A DNA stretch of 64,000 bases, from NCBI GenBank assembly GCA_041659065.1, contig JBAZYY010000005.1:974-64973 (forward strand), written 5' to 3'. Position 1 is the first letter of the stretch. Each line of letters opens with the position of its first letter. This DNA is from Parcubacteria group bacterium (GTDB lineage: Bacteria > Patescibacteriota > Minisyncoccia > Moranbacterales > UBA11712). Both the position numbers and the translations under genes were made by a program. Under the pieces are notes generated by a model. It had not been told where the DNA came from, did not search any database, and worked only from the letters and a program-made list of their open reading frames with translations. Positions 1-9,716 of the stretch are shown one piece after another.

Positions 1-2
1 AA

Positions 3-479
3 GAAGTAATTCCCGAGCTAAAGTCCCTTTCCAAAAGCGAAGATGAAAGTTTTCCTAAAATTTCTTACCACGAGGGTAAAAAAGGCTATCTCTATATCGC
101 CGAAGATTCGCTTAAAATTCATTCTGAGACTCTACATTTCATCGGCTCGCTGACAGAACTTGATAAAATTATTTCGGATAAATACGACTGGGAATATTAT
201 GTTCCGACCCGCATGAAAAGAAAGATAAAAATTAAAATGTTGATTTTTCAGGAAGACGCGGAAAAGATAAAAGAAAAACAACACACTGAAGAACTGCGAG
301 AATTTCGGATCCTGCCAAATGAATTCCGCTTTCTGCCGGTTAAATTAGTTTATCAGGACAAGGTCGCCATCTTTAGTTCGCAGAAAGAGAAAGTCTGCGT
401 GCTGATCGAAAGTAAAGAAATATCTAAAATGGAGCTGGCTTTATTCAATTTCATCTGGGAAAAAGCCGAAAAGATTTAA
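3..479 (+). CDS. TrmB-family transcriptional regulator, C-terminal part (5' end outside window)
   Basis: Frame is open from base 3 (EVIPELKSL..FPKISYHEGKKG..KVAIFS..VLIES..LFNFIW) and has the same C-terminal pattern as the four other TrmB paralogs here. Confidence 0.85.
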   Translation, partial: EVIPELKSLSKSEDESFPKISYHEGKKGYLYIAEDSLKIHSETLHFIGSLTELDKIISDKYDWEYYVPTRMKRKIKIKMLIFQEDAEKIKEKQHTEELREFRILPNEFRFLPVKLVYQDKVAIFSSQKEKVCVLIESKEISKMELALFNFIWEKAEKI

Positions 480-498
480 TTTTATTTTTCTATACAAC

Positions 499-531
499 GA
501 AACCGGGTTTTCTCTTGAAAAACCCGGTTTC
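499..531. terminator. Hairpin, probable bidirectional terminator between convergent TrmB and rpoD
   Basis: GAAACCGGGTTTT-N7-AAAACCCGGTTTC, perfect 13-bp inverted repeat. Confidence 0.7.
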
Positions 532-555
532 TTATCCAATAACAATTTTATAAAT

Positions 556-1887
556 CTAGTAATCTTTCAACTTTTCGATCAGCCCGCTTTCACGAATTTT
601 ATCGAGGGCTTTAGCTTCAATCTGCCTGATTCTTTCGCGGGTGACGCCAAATTCGTGTCCCACCTCCTCAAGAGTATGCGTGACGCCGTCCTCAAGGCCA
701 AAACGAATCTTCAGTATTTTCTGTTCACGGGGGGTCAGATCTCTCAGCACTTCATCCACGTGGTCCATGAGAAGTTTTCTGGCCGCGGATTGATGCGGCA
801 TAACAGTTTCTGTATCTTCGATGAAATCACCCAGGATGCTGTCATCCTCACTGTCGCCCACCGGCGTTTCAATGGAAACCGTTTCCTGGGAAATCTTCAT
901 GATATGCCGAATTTTCTCGACCTCAATTCCCATCTCTGCCGCGATTTCCTCCGGCAATGGATCACGTCCCAGCTCCTGCACGAGGCGCCGCGTAGCTTGC
1001 GTATATTTATTGATAGTTTCCACCATATGCACTGGAATGCGGATCGTTCTGGACTGGTCCGCGAGCGCCCTTGTGATCGCTTGCCGGATCCACCAAGTGG
1101 CGTAAGTTGAAAATTTATAGCCTTTCCGATAATCGAATTTTTCAACCGCCCTGAACAGGCCTATATTTCCCTCTTGGATCAGGTCTAAAAGAGACAGGTT
1201 CGTGCTGCGCCCCACGTATTTTTTAGCAATGCTGACCACCAGGCGCAAATTCGCCTCCGTAAGTTTTTGTTTAGCAGCCAAGTCTCCTTTTTCGTTTCGC
1301 TTGGCAAGCGTTACTTCTTCTTCAGCTTTAAGCAGAGGCACGCGTCCGATTTCCCGGAGATACATTTGGACCGAATCCGAGGATACATCCCCAAGATCAA
1401 GCGGCACATCAATTTGATCCAACTTTCTCTCTGACTGATTGTCCGCTTCTCGATCAATTTCGCCTTTCATCACCTCGTCTGAGCTGATGATCTTAACCCC
1501 GGCCGAATCCAACTGCTCATACAGCGTCTCAAGCCCGCTCAAATCTTTTTCTACCTCGGGAATGACATGCAATATTTCATCTTCCGTGATGAAGCCCCTT
1601 TGTTTTCCGATTTTAATAAGCTCTTCAATTCTTTCTTTGTTTTTATCTTGACCGGCTGAGGCTCCAGGAGCCGCTGATTTAGCCAATCCTTTTTTTCTCT
1701 TTCCGCGAGAAGCAGCTTGTTTTTTTGCCGCTGCGGCCTTTTTGCTTCCGGCTATTTTCCTGACTTTGGATGCTCCGGTTTTTTTTCCAGCCTTCTGCGA
1801 AGATGCCTTCTTAGGCGCCTTTTTTTTAACCACGGCTTTTTTCTTAACCGTCCCAGTCTTTTTCTTTTTTAAACTCTTTCTTGCCAT
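556..1887 (-). CDS. rpoD: RNA polymerase primary sigma factor with Lys/Ala-rich N-terminal extension
   Basis: [72 protein letters not shown]. Confidence 0.98.
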   Translation of the reverse strand: MARKSLKKKKTGTVKKKAVVKKKAPKKASSQKAGKKTGASKVRKIAGSKKAAAAKKQAASRGKRKKGLAKSAAPGASAGQDKNKERIEELIKIGKQRGFITEDEILHVIPEVEKDLSGLETLYEQLDSAGVKIISSDEVMKGEIDREADNQSERKLDQIDVPLDLGDVSSDSVQMYLREIGRVPLLKAEEEVTLAKRNEKGDLAAKQKLTEANLRLVVSIAKKYVGRSTNLSLLDLIQEGNIGLFRAVEKFDYRKGYKFSTYATWWIRQAITRALADQSRTIRIPVHMVETINKYTQATRRLVQELGRDPLPEEIAAEMGIEVEKIRHIMKISQETVSIETPVGDSEDDSILGDFIEDTETVMPHQSAARKLLMDHVDEVLRDLTPREQKILKIRFGLEDGVTHTLEEVGHEFGVTRERIRQIEAKALDKIRESGLIEKLKDY

Positions 1888-1910
1888 ATGCTTATCCCTT
1901 TTTTATCATT

Positions 1911-3764
1911 TTAATCATTTATATACGAAACTAATTTTTGAAATTCGTCTATTAATATCCTTACTGCGGCTTTGTCGCCGCTTTTTTCGGCTAATCTGAT
2001 ATCCTCCGAAATTTCCGTAATTCTTCGCTTGATATTTTTTTGCTGGAGCCTCTCCAGGTATAATTTCAGTTCATTGCCAGGATCTGTTGGGCTGCTGTTT
2101 TTGATTGAGCTGTCTTCCCCGAATTGGACTTCGGCCTCAAAAGCCGCTTCATCGGAATATTTTCTAAGTTCGTAGTCGGAAATGGCACTGTTGATTTTCT
2201 CCCGGTCATAATCCTCGCCCAGCCTTTTCACTATTTCGACTATTTTCCTTTCTTTCGCGCCGTGAAAATCTTCAAGATTTACTTTTCCTAATTTGCGCTG
2301 GCAAGTTTTGGGAAAATTTACCAGAATCCCCACGATTCTTTTTTCAAGCGCTTCATCCTTGTCGTCTGGCGTTACGGTTGGTTTCTTTTCGATCGTGCTT
2401 TGTCTTTTTTCTTTTTCTTTTGCCTTTTTCAGCACATCGAAGAGTACTTCTTCGGAGGTACCCAGCTTTTGGGCCAGTTCATTTATCCAGTGCGACTGTT
2501 CAACGGGGCTGGCAATGTCTTTTACGACATTAAGCAGTTCACTGGCTATTTTTTTCTTTCCAGCCGGATCTTTCGCGTTGTGGCGTGAAAAGGCCTCCTG
2601 AAAAAAATAGTCAACGACATTTTTCGCCTCCTCGATTGCTTTCTTCCAAATCGCTTTGTCTTGCTTTATGGCCTCCGCGGCATCTTTTCCGGAAAGCAAC
2701 AATATTATTTTAACATTTAAATCGTTTTCTAGACAGGTTTTTATGCTTCTTCTGGCAGCCGCTTGGCCGGCCGCGTCCATATCGAAACTCATCTTTACGT
2801 TTTCCGAATAACGCTTGATGATTTTCACCTGATCTTGCGTGAGGGCAGTGCCGGATACGGCAATCACATTTGGAAAACCGGCTTGGTGGCTGGCTACCAC
2901 GTCGAGATTTCCCTCGACCAAGATTGACTCATCCGCTTTTTTAATTTCAGCTTTGGCGAAATTCAGTCCATAAAGGACTTTACCCTTATCATAAATTTCG
3001 GTTTGCGGAGTATTGATATATTTCGCGTTTTTTTCATCGCCTCCCGGAGCGACTCGCGCGCTGTAGCCGACAATTCGGCCGACTACATCAAAAATCGGGA
3101 ACATTATGCGGTCGCGAAACCGATCATAGGAATTAGATTTGAGCTTTGAGATTTGAGATTTGAGATTGTTGTTAGATATTGGGTATTGGATATTGGATAT
3201 TTCTTTCTCTACCAATAGCCCAGTCTTGTTAATTTCTTCGATCGTAAACCCTTTCTTTAATAAAAACTCAAGCAAATTTCGCCAGCCATCAGGCGCATAG
3301 CCCAAGCGAAATTTTTTTATGCTCTCGTCTTGGATCCCCCGGTCATGCAGATATTTTAGTACTTTTTCTTTCCCCTTTCCTTCCCAGAGATTTTTTTCAT
3401 ACCACTTCGTCGCGAGCTCCAGAATTCCATATAGTTTAGGCTTAATATTCTCTTTTTCAACGCCTCGCTCGCCTTTTTCAAATTTTGTGAGTTTTACTCC
3501 CGCTTTTTGAGCCAGCTGCTCAAGCGCCTCCCTGAATCCTATTCCTTCCATCTCCATGACAAATGAAAGCGCGTCTCCGCCTTTCCCGCAACCAAAGCAA
3601 TGCCAGATTCCTTTTTCTTCGCTGACCATGAACGAAGGCGATTTTTCATTATGAAAAGGGCAGAGCGCCCTGTGATTGCTCCCTGCTCTTGTGAGCCGGA
3701 TATATTCCCCTATAAGATCAGCTATATTAATCCGGCTTTTTACTTCTTCAACATCCGAATTCAT
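1911..3764 (-). CDS. dnaG: DNA primase
   Basis: CPFHNEKSPSF..HCFGC zinc finger, YDRFRDRIMFPI, KYINTPQT, Toprim VEGNLDV and FDMDAAG; upstream of rpoD. Confidence 0.98.
   Translation of the reverse strand: MNSDVEEVKSRINIADLIGEYIRLTRAGSNHRALCPFHNEKSPSFMVSEEKGIWHCFGCGKGGDALSFVMEMEGIGFREALEQLAQKAGVKLTKFEKGERGVEKENIKPKLYGILELATKWYEKNLWEGKGKEKVLKYLHDRGIQDESIKKFRLGYAPDGWRNLLEFLLKKGFTIEEINKTGLLVEKEISNIQYPISNNNLKSQISKLKSNSYDRFRDRIMFPIFDVVGRIVGYSARVAPGGDEKNAKYINTPQTEIYDKGKVLYGLNFAKAEIKKADESILVEGNLDVVASHQAGFPNVIAVSGTALTQDQVKIIKRYSENVKMSFDMDAAGQAAARRSIKTCLENDLNVKIILLLSGKDAAEAIKQDKAIWKKAIEEAKNVVDYFFQEAFSRHNAKDPAGKKKIASELLNVVKDIASPVEQSHWINELAQKLGTSEEVLFDVLKKAKEKEKRQSTIEKKPTVTPDDKDEALEKRIVGILVNFPKTCQRKLGKVNLEDFHGAKERKIVEIVKRLGEDYDREKINSAISDYELRKYSDEAAFEAEVQFGEDSSIKNSSPTDPGNELKLYLERLQQKNIKRRITEISEDIRLAEKSGDKAAVRILIDEFQKLVSYIND
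3135..3202. repeat. Two heptamer tandem arrays, in frame within dnaG
   Basis: AGATTTG-like x5 then GATATTG-like x4; encodes ISNIQYPISNNNLKSQISKLKS just before YDRFRDR. Confidence 0.85.
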
Positions 3765-3832
3765 CTAAAAAGCCAAACGCATAATTTTACCTTTAAAATG
3801 GAAAATTTATGCGGCCTGTATAATAATTTACG

Positions 3833-4111
3833 CTATATAACGACACAAGCTTTCGCCACGATTCCGTACAGCTTATTAAGCTTCTTGGTTATGGCGCTGA
3901 TTTCCCCGGCCGTTGCCTCAACTGCGACCGTGATCATGGCCGTACAGCTTTCATTGCAGTGCCTTTGGACGTTTACGCCAAGCCTGGCCATTATCAAATG
4001 GCCGCTGTCCGTGAGAATTTGATTCACCTCCGGGGCATGCATCTGCCGATCTTTGACAAGAATCGTAATTGTGGCTAAATGAAGTTTTGTTTTTTTGGTT
4101 TTATTCGGCAT
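3833..4111 (-). CDS. TM1266-like ACT-fold protein (putative iron-only hydrogenase system regulator family)
   Basis: ITILVKDR..VNQILT..IMARLGV..ITVAVE..EISAITKKLNKLYGIVAK pattern. Confidence 0.7.
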   Translation of the reverse strand: MPNKTKKTKLHLATITILVKDRQMHAPEVNQILTDSGHLIMARLGVNVQRHCNESCTAMITVAVEATAGEISAITKKLNKLYGIVAKACVVI

Positions 4112-4176
4112 AGATATCGCTTACTCCTCTCCAATACTCTAGCGGAAATATTGAATTTTGTATAGCTTTCTGCCTA

Positions 4177-4557
4177 TTAGCTTTTCCAGAGTCCGTGGAT
4201 GTTGCAGTATTCCCTTGCGCTGACATTTTCGGCCTGAGTCGGGAATTCGGCTTCTGGAACGTCTCCCGGTTTGAGAAATTTTCGGCAATTCCTGCCACCG
4301 GGCACTATGAGTTCAATCCATTCTATATAATGCGTTTCTTCCATTGGGTGGGGAATTGATCCAATCTTAACTTTGTAACCAGTCTCTGTTTTTTCAATAA
4401 TGGGTACATGCTTTTCCGTGAGCCCTTCTTCCTCATGTTTTTCCGTTAAAAGTTCCATTGGTTCCTCACAACAGACAAGATCCCCCTTTCCGCTGTGTAG
4501 GATTTCAACGATATTGCCGCATTTATTGCACTTGTAGATTTGATTTAGCTCAGCCAT
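4177..4557 (-). CDS. dfx: Desulfoferrodoxin (superoxide reductase)
   Basis: [15 protein letters not shown] desulforedoxin domain; [24 protein letters not shown]. Confidence 0.95.
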   Translation of the reverse strand: MAELNQIYKCNKCGNIVEILHSGKGDLVCCEEPMELLTEKHEEEGLTEKHVPIIEKTETGYKVKIGSIPHPMEETHYIEWIELIVPGGRNCRKFLKPGDVPEAEFPTQAENVSAREYCNIHGLWKS

Positions 4558-4642
4558 GATAATTTGATTTAAGAATTATGAATTAAGAATCAAAATATTT
4601 TATATTTTTATTCTCGTGTTCCAAAAAATATAGTGTACATAT

Positions 4643-4685
4643 TATGTGTTACGTGTTCTATGCTCTATGCTCCATGTTATGTGAT
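4643..4685. repeat. Degenerate heptamer array (intergenic)
   Basis: TATGTGT TACGTGT TCTATGC TCTATGC TCCATGT TATGTGA; a second short GAATTAA/GAATTAT array at ~4568-4596. Confidence 0.6.
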
Positions 4686-5270
4686 TCAGAATTCCTCGCA
4701 TTTTACCTGATAAAAAGCTTGCGGATGGTCGCAGGACGGGCATTTTTCCGGCGCTTCAGTCCCGAAGTGCTGATAGCCGCATTCTCGGCAGATCCACCAG
4801 ATCTCCTGATCTTTCTTGAAAACCGTTCCGGATTCAATTTCTTTCAGGAGCTTAATGTATCTTTCTTCGTGATGCTCCTCTGCTTTCGCGATTGAACGTA
4901 ATCTCTGGGCAATTCCCGAAAGGCCCTCCTTTTCGGCCACTTCTGCAAATTCAGGATACATGGAAGTATGTTCCCAGTTTTCCCCCGCGATAGCCGCTTT
5001 TAGGTTTTCGATCGTCGTGCCGTAAACCGTCGGCGCAGCGGCTTCAACTTTGATTTCACTTAAATCATCCCCGCTGTCTTTTTTAAGTTCTTGAATATGC
5101 TCGAAAAGCCGCTTGGCATGTTCCTTTTCCTGGTTGGCTGTTTCTTCAAAAATTCCTCCGATTTGTTCATAACCTTCGTTCCGAGCCACTTTGGCATAAT
5201 ATGTATAACGGTTTCTCGCCTGTGATTCCCCGATAAAGGCTTTGGCAAGGTTTTTAATTGTCTCCTGCAT
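4686..5270 (-). CDS. rbr: Rubrerythrin
   Basis: AFIGESQARNRY, QEKEHAK, AEEHHEERY, C-terminal CRECG..CPSC rubredoxin-like site. Confidence 0.95.
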   Translation of the reverse strand: MQETIKNLAKAFIGESQARNRYTYYAKVARNEGYEQIGGIFEETANQEKEHAKRLFEHIQELKKDSGDDLSEIKVEAAAPTVYGTTIENLKAAIAGENWEHTSMYPEFAEVAEKEGLSGIAQRLRSIAKAEEHHEERYIKLLKEIESGTVFKKDQEIWWICRECGYQHFGTEAPEKCPSCDHPQAFYQVKCEEF

Positions 5271-5349
5271 GGATTTGTTTTAATTATTAGCTGCTTAAAC
5301 TATTACGTCGTCAACTGGAATGTTTTTCCAACATTCTTAGTTAAAGTTA

Positions 5350-6159
5350 CTATTTGGCCTCGCCGCCTTTTTTCTTTTGTAAATTCTCCTTAATCGTTTC
5401 TTCCGGCAGTTCATTGGCACAAATAACCATATTTTTTCCTCTTTTTTTTGCCTCATAGTTAGCTGCATCTGCTTGCGCTACCGCTTCTTCAAATTCTTTG
5501 CCCACATTATCCTCATCAATTTCTGGCCCGACTTGGTATACAAAATAGCCCATGCTTAAAGAAGTGATCCGTTCCCCATATTTTTTTATCATAGCCTTTT
5601 CAACCGCTTCTCTTATTTTTTCGGATACTGCTGAGGCGTTTTCCTTTATGAGCCCCGGCAGAACAATAACGAACTCGTCGCCGCCCCATCGGCAAACGAT
5701 ATCTGTTTCTCTGATATTTTGCCTGATTATATCGGCGACTTCTCTTAGGATTTGGTCTCCAAACGCGTGGCCTCCATGTTCGTCATTCACCGTTTTAAAA
5801 TAATCAAGGTCGCAGAATACAAACGTGACATTGATAGGCCCTTCCTTTTTCTGCCTTCTATCCCCCCTTTTTTCTATATGCGACAGCCGCATTAAGATAT
5901 TTTGCATCCTAGGAATAAACACGCTCCTGGAAAAGGTGTCAGTTAGTTGGTCCTTCTCCAATTCTTCAATTCTCACGTCCTGGCTTACGAGCGCCTCCAT
6001 AAATATTAGATCGGAATCTGGCAAAGTACTCTCTTTTGATTCAGCTTGAGCCTCTTTATGCTCCCTTTCTGCCCGCATGGTTCCAAGCGCTTCCGTCCTC
6101 AGCTTTTTTTCCACGTCTCCTTCCCCAGCTATCCCCTTTGCAATTTTTGCTATTTCCAT
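5350..6159 (-). CDS. GGDEF diguanylate cyclase (start could extend to 6195)
   Basis: CDLDYFKTVND, GHAFGDQIL, RETD I-site, RWGGDEF. Confidence 0.9.
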   Translation of the reverse strand: MEIAKIAKGIAGEGDVEKKLRTEALGTMRAEREHKEAQAESKESTLPDSDLIFMEALVSQDVRIEELEKDQLTDTFSRSVFIPRMQNILMRLSHIEKRGDRRQKKEGPINVTFVFCDLDYFKTVNDEHGGHAFGDQILREVADIIRQNIRETDIVCRWGGDEFVIVLPGLIKENASAVSEKIREAVEKAMIKKYGERITSLSMGYFVYQVGPEIDEDNVGKEFEEAVAQADAANYEAKKRGKNMVICANELPEETIKENLQKKKGGEAK

Positions 6160-6222
6160 ATTCTTTAAATATTTACATAAAAAAATATATTTCAAGATAC
6201 GCGCATCCTAGCCGAACTTCCC

Positions 6223-7875
6223 CTACTGAATCTTCAACACGGTGAAATCTGTTCCCAGCCCCGGCTGGTAATCAACAGTTTGGATTTGGCTGCTTGGAAA
6301 ATTCTCTTGAATATTGTCTATTACCCCTTGATCGAATCTCATGATAACCAATTGGGATGGAGCGATAAGCGTGGTTGGACTAAAGTCCGGCTCCAGGAAT
6401 TTAATGTTCCCGGCCTTTTGATACGTGAAAAGCTTTATCACCTCCGCTGAAGTCTGAAGGCCGTCCTCCATCTGGATTCCCGGCCCGTTGTCTACCACAT
6501 ATTTCGGCATGGCCACGGGCAGCTGATTCAAGTAATTCGAGACATTCATATAATTTTGATCAAATGCTCCGTGGACATCCTTGCTACCGCCCCAATCAAT
6601 AAAGTATTGTTTCACGGACCAGATCCCACTTCCTACTATTGCGATGATCAAGAGCCCCACGATACTTGCTTTGTATTTTTTCAGCTTCGGTGATTCCGCC
6701 CATTTCCAGGCGCCTTCAATCGCGAAAACGGCAAGCAGTACGGCAACCGGCATCGTACCGATGCTTCGCAGGGCATGCGGAAGTCCCTCCGCGCTAATGG
6801 CCTCCGGCAGAAGCATCGCGAAAAACCAGGACAAGAGAAGGGAGACAAGAATCAAGCGTTCGCTTCTTTCCCCTGGGCGGACCCTCCGCCAAACGAGATA
6901 GAAAAATTCATAGATGAAATAGAAAAATCCTGTCAGAAAAAATATTCCAATAATAGGAAAAAGCTCCGGCCACGGCGGGAGATTGTGCCTCCAATTTTGG
7001 TCGCCCCAAAACGTGTACTGGGCGAGAGAAAGGCCGAAAGTTTTTCCAAGTGTCAGGAAAAGGTGGCCTTGATTTACTTCGGGATTGAAAACCGAAACCT
7101 GACTCGTCCGTCCGCTGAAATGATCGGGATGAATATAAAAATCAACCAGCATCGGGATTGCGACTAAGACCGCCGCCGCCAAAAAAGCTGCAATTTCCTT
7201 CCAATGCGTCGCCAGAAATCTTTTGCGGCTCACAATAAACGCAAGTAAGAGGACAACTAGAATTAAAGGCGCGATGCGAAAAGCAATGTATGTATGCACG
7301 CCCAGTCCGAAAAAGACTCCCGCTAAAATATAATCAACAATTTTCTTTTTTTGAATGCCGCGGATGAGAAAGAATACCGCAAAGACTAGAATAAACGGCA
7401 GCATGATTGCCCGAAAAGAAATACGGCTGAAATTAATTGCCCAAAAAGTCGTCGCGGTGATAAATCCGGCGATTATGCCTGCCCTACGGCTAGCAAACAA
7501 TTCTTCCCCTAAGAGAACCATGCCCAAGACCGTTAGTGTCCCGAAAAGAATTGACCATATCTTGAGAGTGACGACACTAACGCCAAAAAATTGGAAACCG
7601 AGAGCGATTAAGTTCATGAAAAGCCCCTCGCGGCCGTTATTGTTTTCGTAAAAAACTTTCCAGTTATGGCTGGCATTCGCCGTAATTGCGTCCACGCCAT
7701 TTACGGCTTCATCGGGATATACGCCCGGCGGCAAAGAGTTGATGTGATACGACCGCACAAATAAAGCCAGTAAAACCACCAACGCAAAGAGAATAAAATA
7801 TGTTTTGCGGCTGATATCTTTCCTTTCTTTCTTCGCCCTTCGAAGCTTTAGCGAAGGAGGGTTTGTTTTTTTCAT
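6223..7875 (-). CDS. ArnT/PMT-like (GT-C, family 39) membrane glycosyltransferase
   Basis: PPGVYPDE after the first TM, many TM helices, WAINFSRISFR, HTYIAFR. Confidence 0.85.
   Translation of the reverse strand: MKKTNPPSLKLRRAKKERKDISRKTYFILFALVVLLALFVRSYHINSLPPGVYPDEAVNGVDAITANASHNWKVFYENNNGREGLFMNLIALGFQFFGVSVVTLKIWSILFGTLTVLGMVLLGEELFASRRAGIIAGFITATTFWAINFSRISFRAIMLPFILVFAVFFLIRGIQKKKIVDYILAGVFFGLGVHTYIAFRIAPLILVVLLLAFIVSRKRFLATHWKEIAAFLAAAVLVAIPMLVDFYIHPDHFSGRTSQVSVFNPEVNQGHLFLTLGKTFGLSLAQYTFWGDQNWRHNLPPWPELFPIIGIFFLTGFFYFIYEFFYLVWRRVRPGERSERLILVSLLLSWFFAMLLPEAISAEGLPHALRSIGTMPVAVLLAVFAIEGAWKWAESPKLKKYKASIVGLLIIAIVGSGIWSVKQYFIDWGGSKDVHGAFDQNYMNVSNYLNQLPVAMPKYVVDNGPGIQMEDGLQTSAEVIKLFTYQKAGNIKFLEPDFSPTTLIAPSQLVIMRFDQGVIDNIQENFPSSQIQTVDYQPGLGTDFTVLKIQ
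7836..7860. repeat. Mini-palindromic dispersed repeat, in frame (encodes PPSLKLRR)
   Basis: CGAAGCTTTAGCGAAGGA (7841-7858) is identical to 61107-61124. Confidence 0.75.
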
Positions 7876-7920
7876 TGAATTTTGTTTTGTTATTTAACGC
7901 TGTCTATTATTATAGTACAA

Positions 7921-7948
7921 AAGAGAGCTTTTCGAAAAAGCCCTCTTG
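7921..7948 (-). terminator. Probable intrinsic terminator
   Basis: AAGAG(A)GCTTTT / AAAAGC(C)CTCTT hairpin downstream of the NUDIX gene. Confidence 0.5.
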
Positions 7949-8079
7949 GTTTCGGATGATTTAATCTCATCAAAATGAGTGCTACTGATTTAAATCCGTA
8001 TTACATCCTTAATTTTTGCATTTTGAATTTGTATATATCCATGTCTTAATTTTTTCTTCGCCAACAAATTCTCCCGAGA

Positions 8080-8547
8080 TTATTCATCCTTTGGAATCAA
8101 TCCAATTCTTTGCATAAATTCTTTTCCCCCGGGAATTTGCTTGACGTTCGGCAGTTCCTCTAAATTGAACCAATGAAATTCTACTAGATCGTCATTGAGA
8201 TTCACCTCGATCTCGCTTGCCAGCTTATCCTTGATATCAACCCTAAATATATTAAATTCCATTTTGCACAAAACATTCTCGCCCGAGGCTAAAGTTTTTT
8301 CAGCGATACCGCTGCCTTTTTCCGGAATTAAAATAGCTTTATAGAAAGAGATATCGATACCAACTTCTTCTTTTATTTCTCTTCGCAGAGCTTGTTCCAA
8401 TGTCTCTCCTTCATCAGTTCCCCCACCTGGGATATGCCAACAATCAGGATAAACACCGCCCTTGCCAGGATCTTTTTTGCCCATAAGAAGTTTCCCGTCT
8501 TTCGAAAAAATCAAAGCTGAAACTATTGTTCTTTGGATTTCTCTCAT
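8080..8547 (-). CDS. NUDIX hydrolase
   Basis: Nudix box PGGGTDEGETLEQALRREIKEEVG. Confidence 0.93.
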   Translation of the reverse strand: MREIQRTIVSALIFSKDGKLLMGKKDPGKGGVYPDCWHIPGGGTDEGETLEQALRREIKEEVGIDISFYKAILIPEKGSGIAEKTLASGENVLCKMEFNIFRVDIKDKLASEIEVNLNDDLVEFHWFNLEELPNVKQIPGGKEFMQRIGLIPKDE

Positions 8548-8632
8548 GCAAATATTCCTGTGATTTATATTAATTAGTTCTTTTATGGCAGCTTTATGAA
8601 CTCATGTGATTTTTACTCTCATCAAAAAAAGG

Positions 8633-9082
8633 TCAAATCCTCTTCGAAAACTGTACGATAATATCCGTTTCTTTATAGCCCATTTTTTTGTGGAACGCTC
8701 GGCTGGTTTTATTTTGCGGCTTGGTATCCGATCCCATTTCTTTGCAGCCTTTTTCCTTCGCCCACTTTTCGGCCATTTTGATTAATTCCTTTGCAACTCC
8801 CATTTTACGATAGGTATATTTCACAAAAATTCCTTCGATGTATCCGATTGATCTGGCAATTGAACCAACTTCATAATCATTTCTAACGGATACTTCCACA
8901 AAACCGGCATATTCGTCTTTTGGATCAACACAAATAAATACTTCTTGCCTTTTTGAAGAAAAGATGTTTTTCATCTCTGTCTTTAATTCTTTTTCGGTGT
9001 TCTTCGGCCAGAGAGTTTTCCTCATCCTAAGCCATTCTCCAAAATCTTCTTTCTCGATTTTGCGATACTTTATATTTTTCAT
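8633..9082 (-). CDS. GNAT acetyltransferase, AAC(6')-I-like
   Basis: WLRMRKTLWP, GYIEGIFV..RKMGVAKELI..WAKEKGCKEMGSDT..SRAFHKKMGY. Confidence 0.85.
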   Translation of the reverse strand: MKNIKYRKIEKEDFGEWLRMRKTLWPKNTEKELKTEMKNIFSSKRQEVFICVDPKDEYAGFVEVSVRNDYEVGSIARSIGYIEGIFVKYTYRKMGVAKELIKMAEKWAKEKGCKEMGSDTKPQNKTSRAFHKKMGYKETDIIVQFSKRI

Positions 9083-9097
9083 ATATCTAGCTAATTA

Positions 9098-9685
9098 TCA
9101 CATTCCTAATTTATCACTAATCCCCTGCAGCGCCATGAGCCCAATTTCGAGAAATTGCTCGAGGGGAATTCCGACAAGCTCGCATTCACGGACAAGTCCC
9201 CGGTCACATTTGGCAGCGAAAGATTTGTCTTTGAATTTTTTCTTTAAAGATTTCAATTTAACGCTGGCAAGTTTTTTGTCAGGCTGGACCAACGCTGACG
9301 CAATAATAATTCCAGTGAGAGTTTCAGCCGCCACGAGGCAATGCTGGATCTTGGTTTCACGTTCTTTTTCTAGAAGATCAGGAATCATTTCATTTCCATA
9401 GCCATGTGATTGGATTGTTTCAATCAAATAATCACTCGCGCCAGCCTTTTGCAATATTTCCTCCGCCATAACGCAATGCTGGCTCTGATTTTCTTTGGTC
9501 AGATCCCAATCAATATCATGCAGTAGCCCAAGGATGCCCCATTCTTCTTCATCCTCTCCTAAATGCTTCGCCACTGCGCGCATAATCACCTCCGATTCCA
9601 GAAGATGCAACTTCGTTACCGGATCCTTGATATGCTCCTCAACCAATTTATCCGCCTGTTCTTTTGTAATTCCAAGTTTATCCAT
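9098..9685 (-). CDS. HDIG-domain metal-dependent hydrolase
   Basis: H..E.IMRA.A, GLLHDIDW, KKKFKDKSFAAKCDR. Confidence 0.88.
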   Translation of the reverse strand: MDKLGITKEQADKLVEEHIKDPVTKLHLLESEVIMRAVAKHLGEDEEEWGILGLLHDIDWDLTKENQSQHCVMAEEILQKAGASDYLIETIQSHGYGNEMIPDLLEKERETKIQHCLVAAETLTGIIIASALVQPDKKLASVKLKSLKKKFKDKSFAAKCDRGLVRECELVGIPLEQFLEIGLMALQGISDKLGM

Positions 9686-9716
9686 TTTAAAAATATTATA
9701 TTCTTAAGGTTTCTCC

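Noticed and set aside
1640-1887. Lys/Ala-rich N-terminus of RpoD as a separate histone-like gene or repeat element
   Set aside because: It is continuous with the sigma factor frame, and such basic extensions are common on primary sigma factors
7950-9082. NUDIX and AAC(6')-like genes as integron cassettes; loose TGATTT..CTCATCAAAA repeat at ~7957 and ~8607
   Set aside because: No convincing attC core sites and no integrase; the repeat is short and AT-rich; aminoglycoside specificity is unproven
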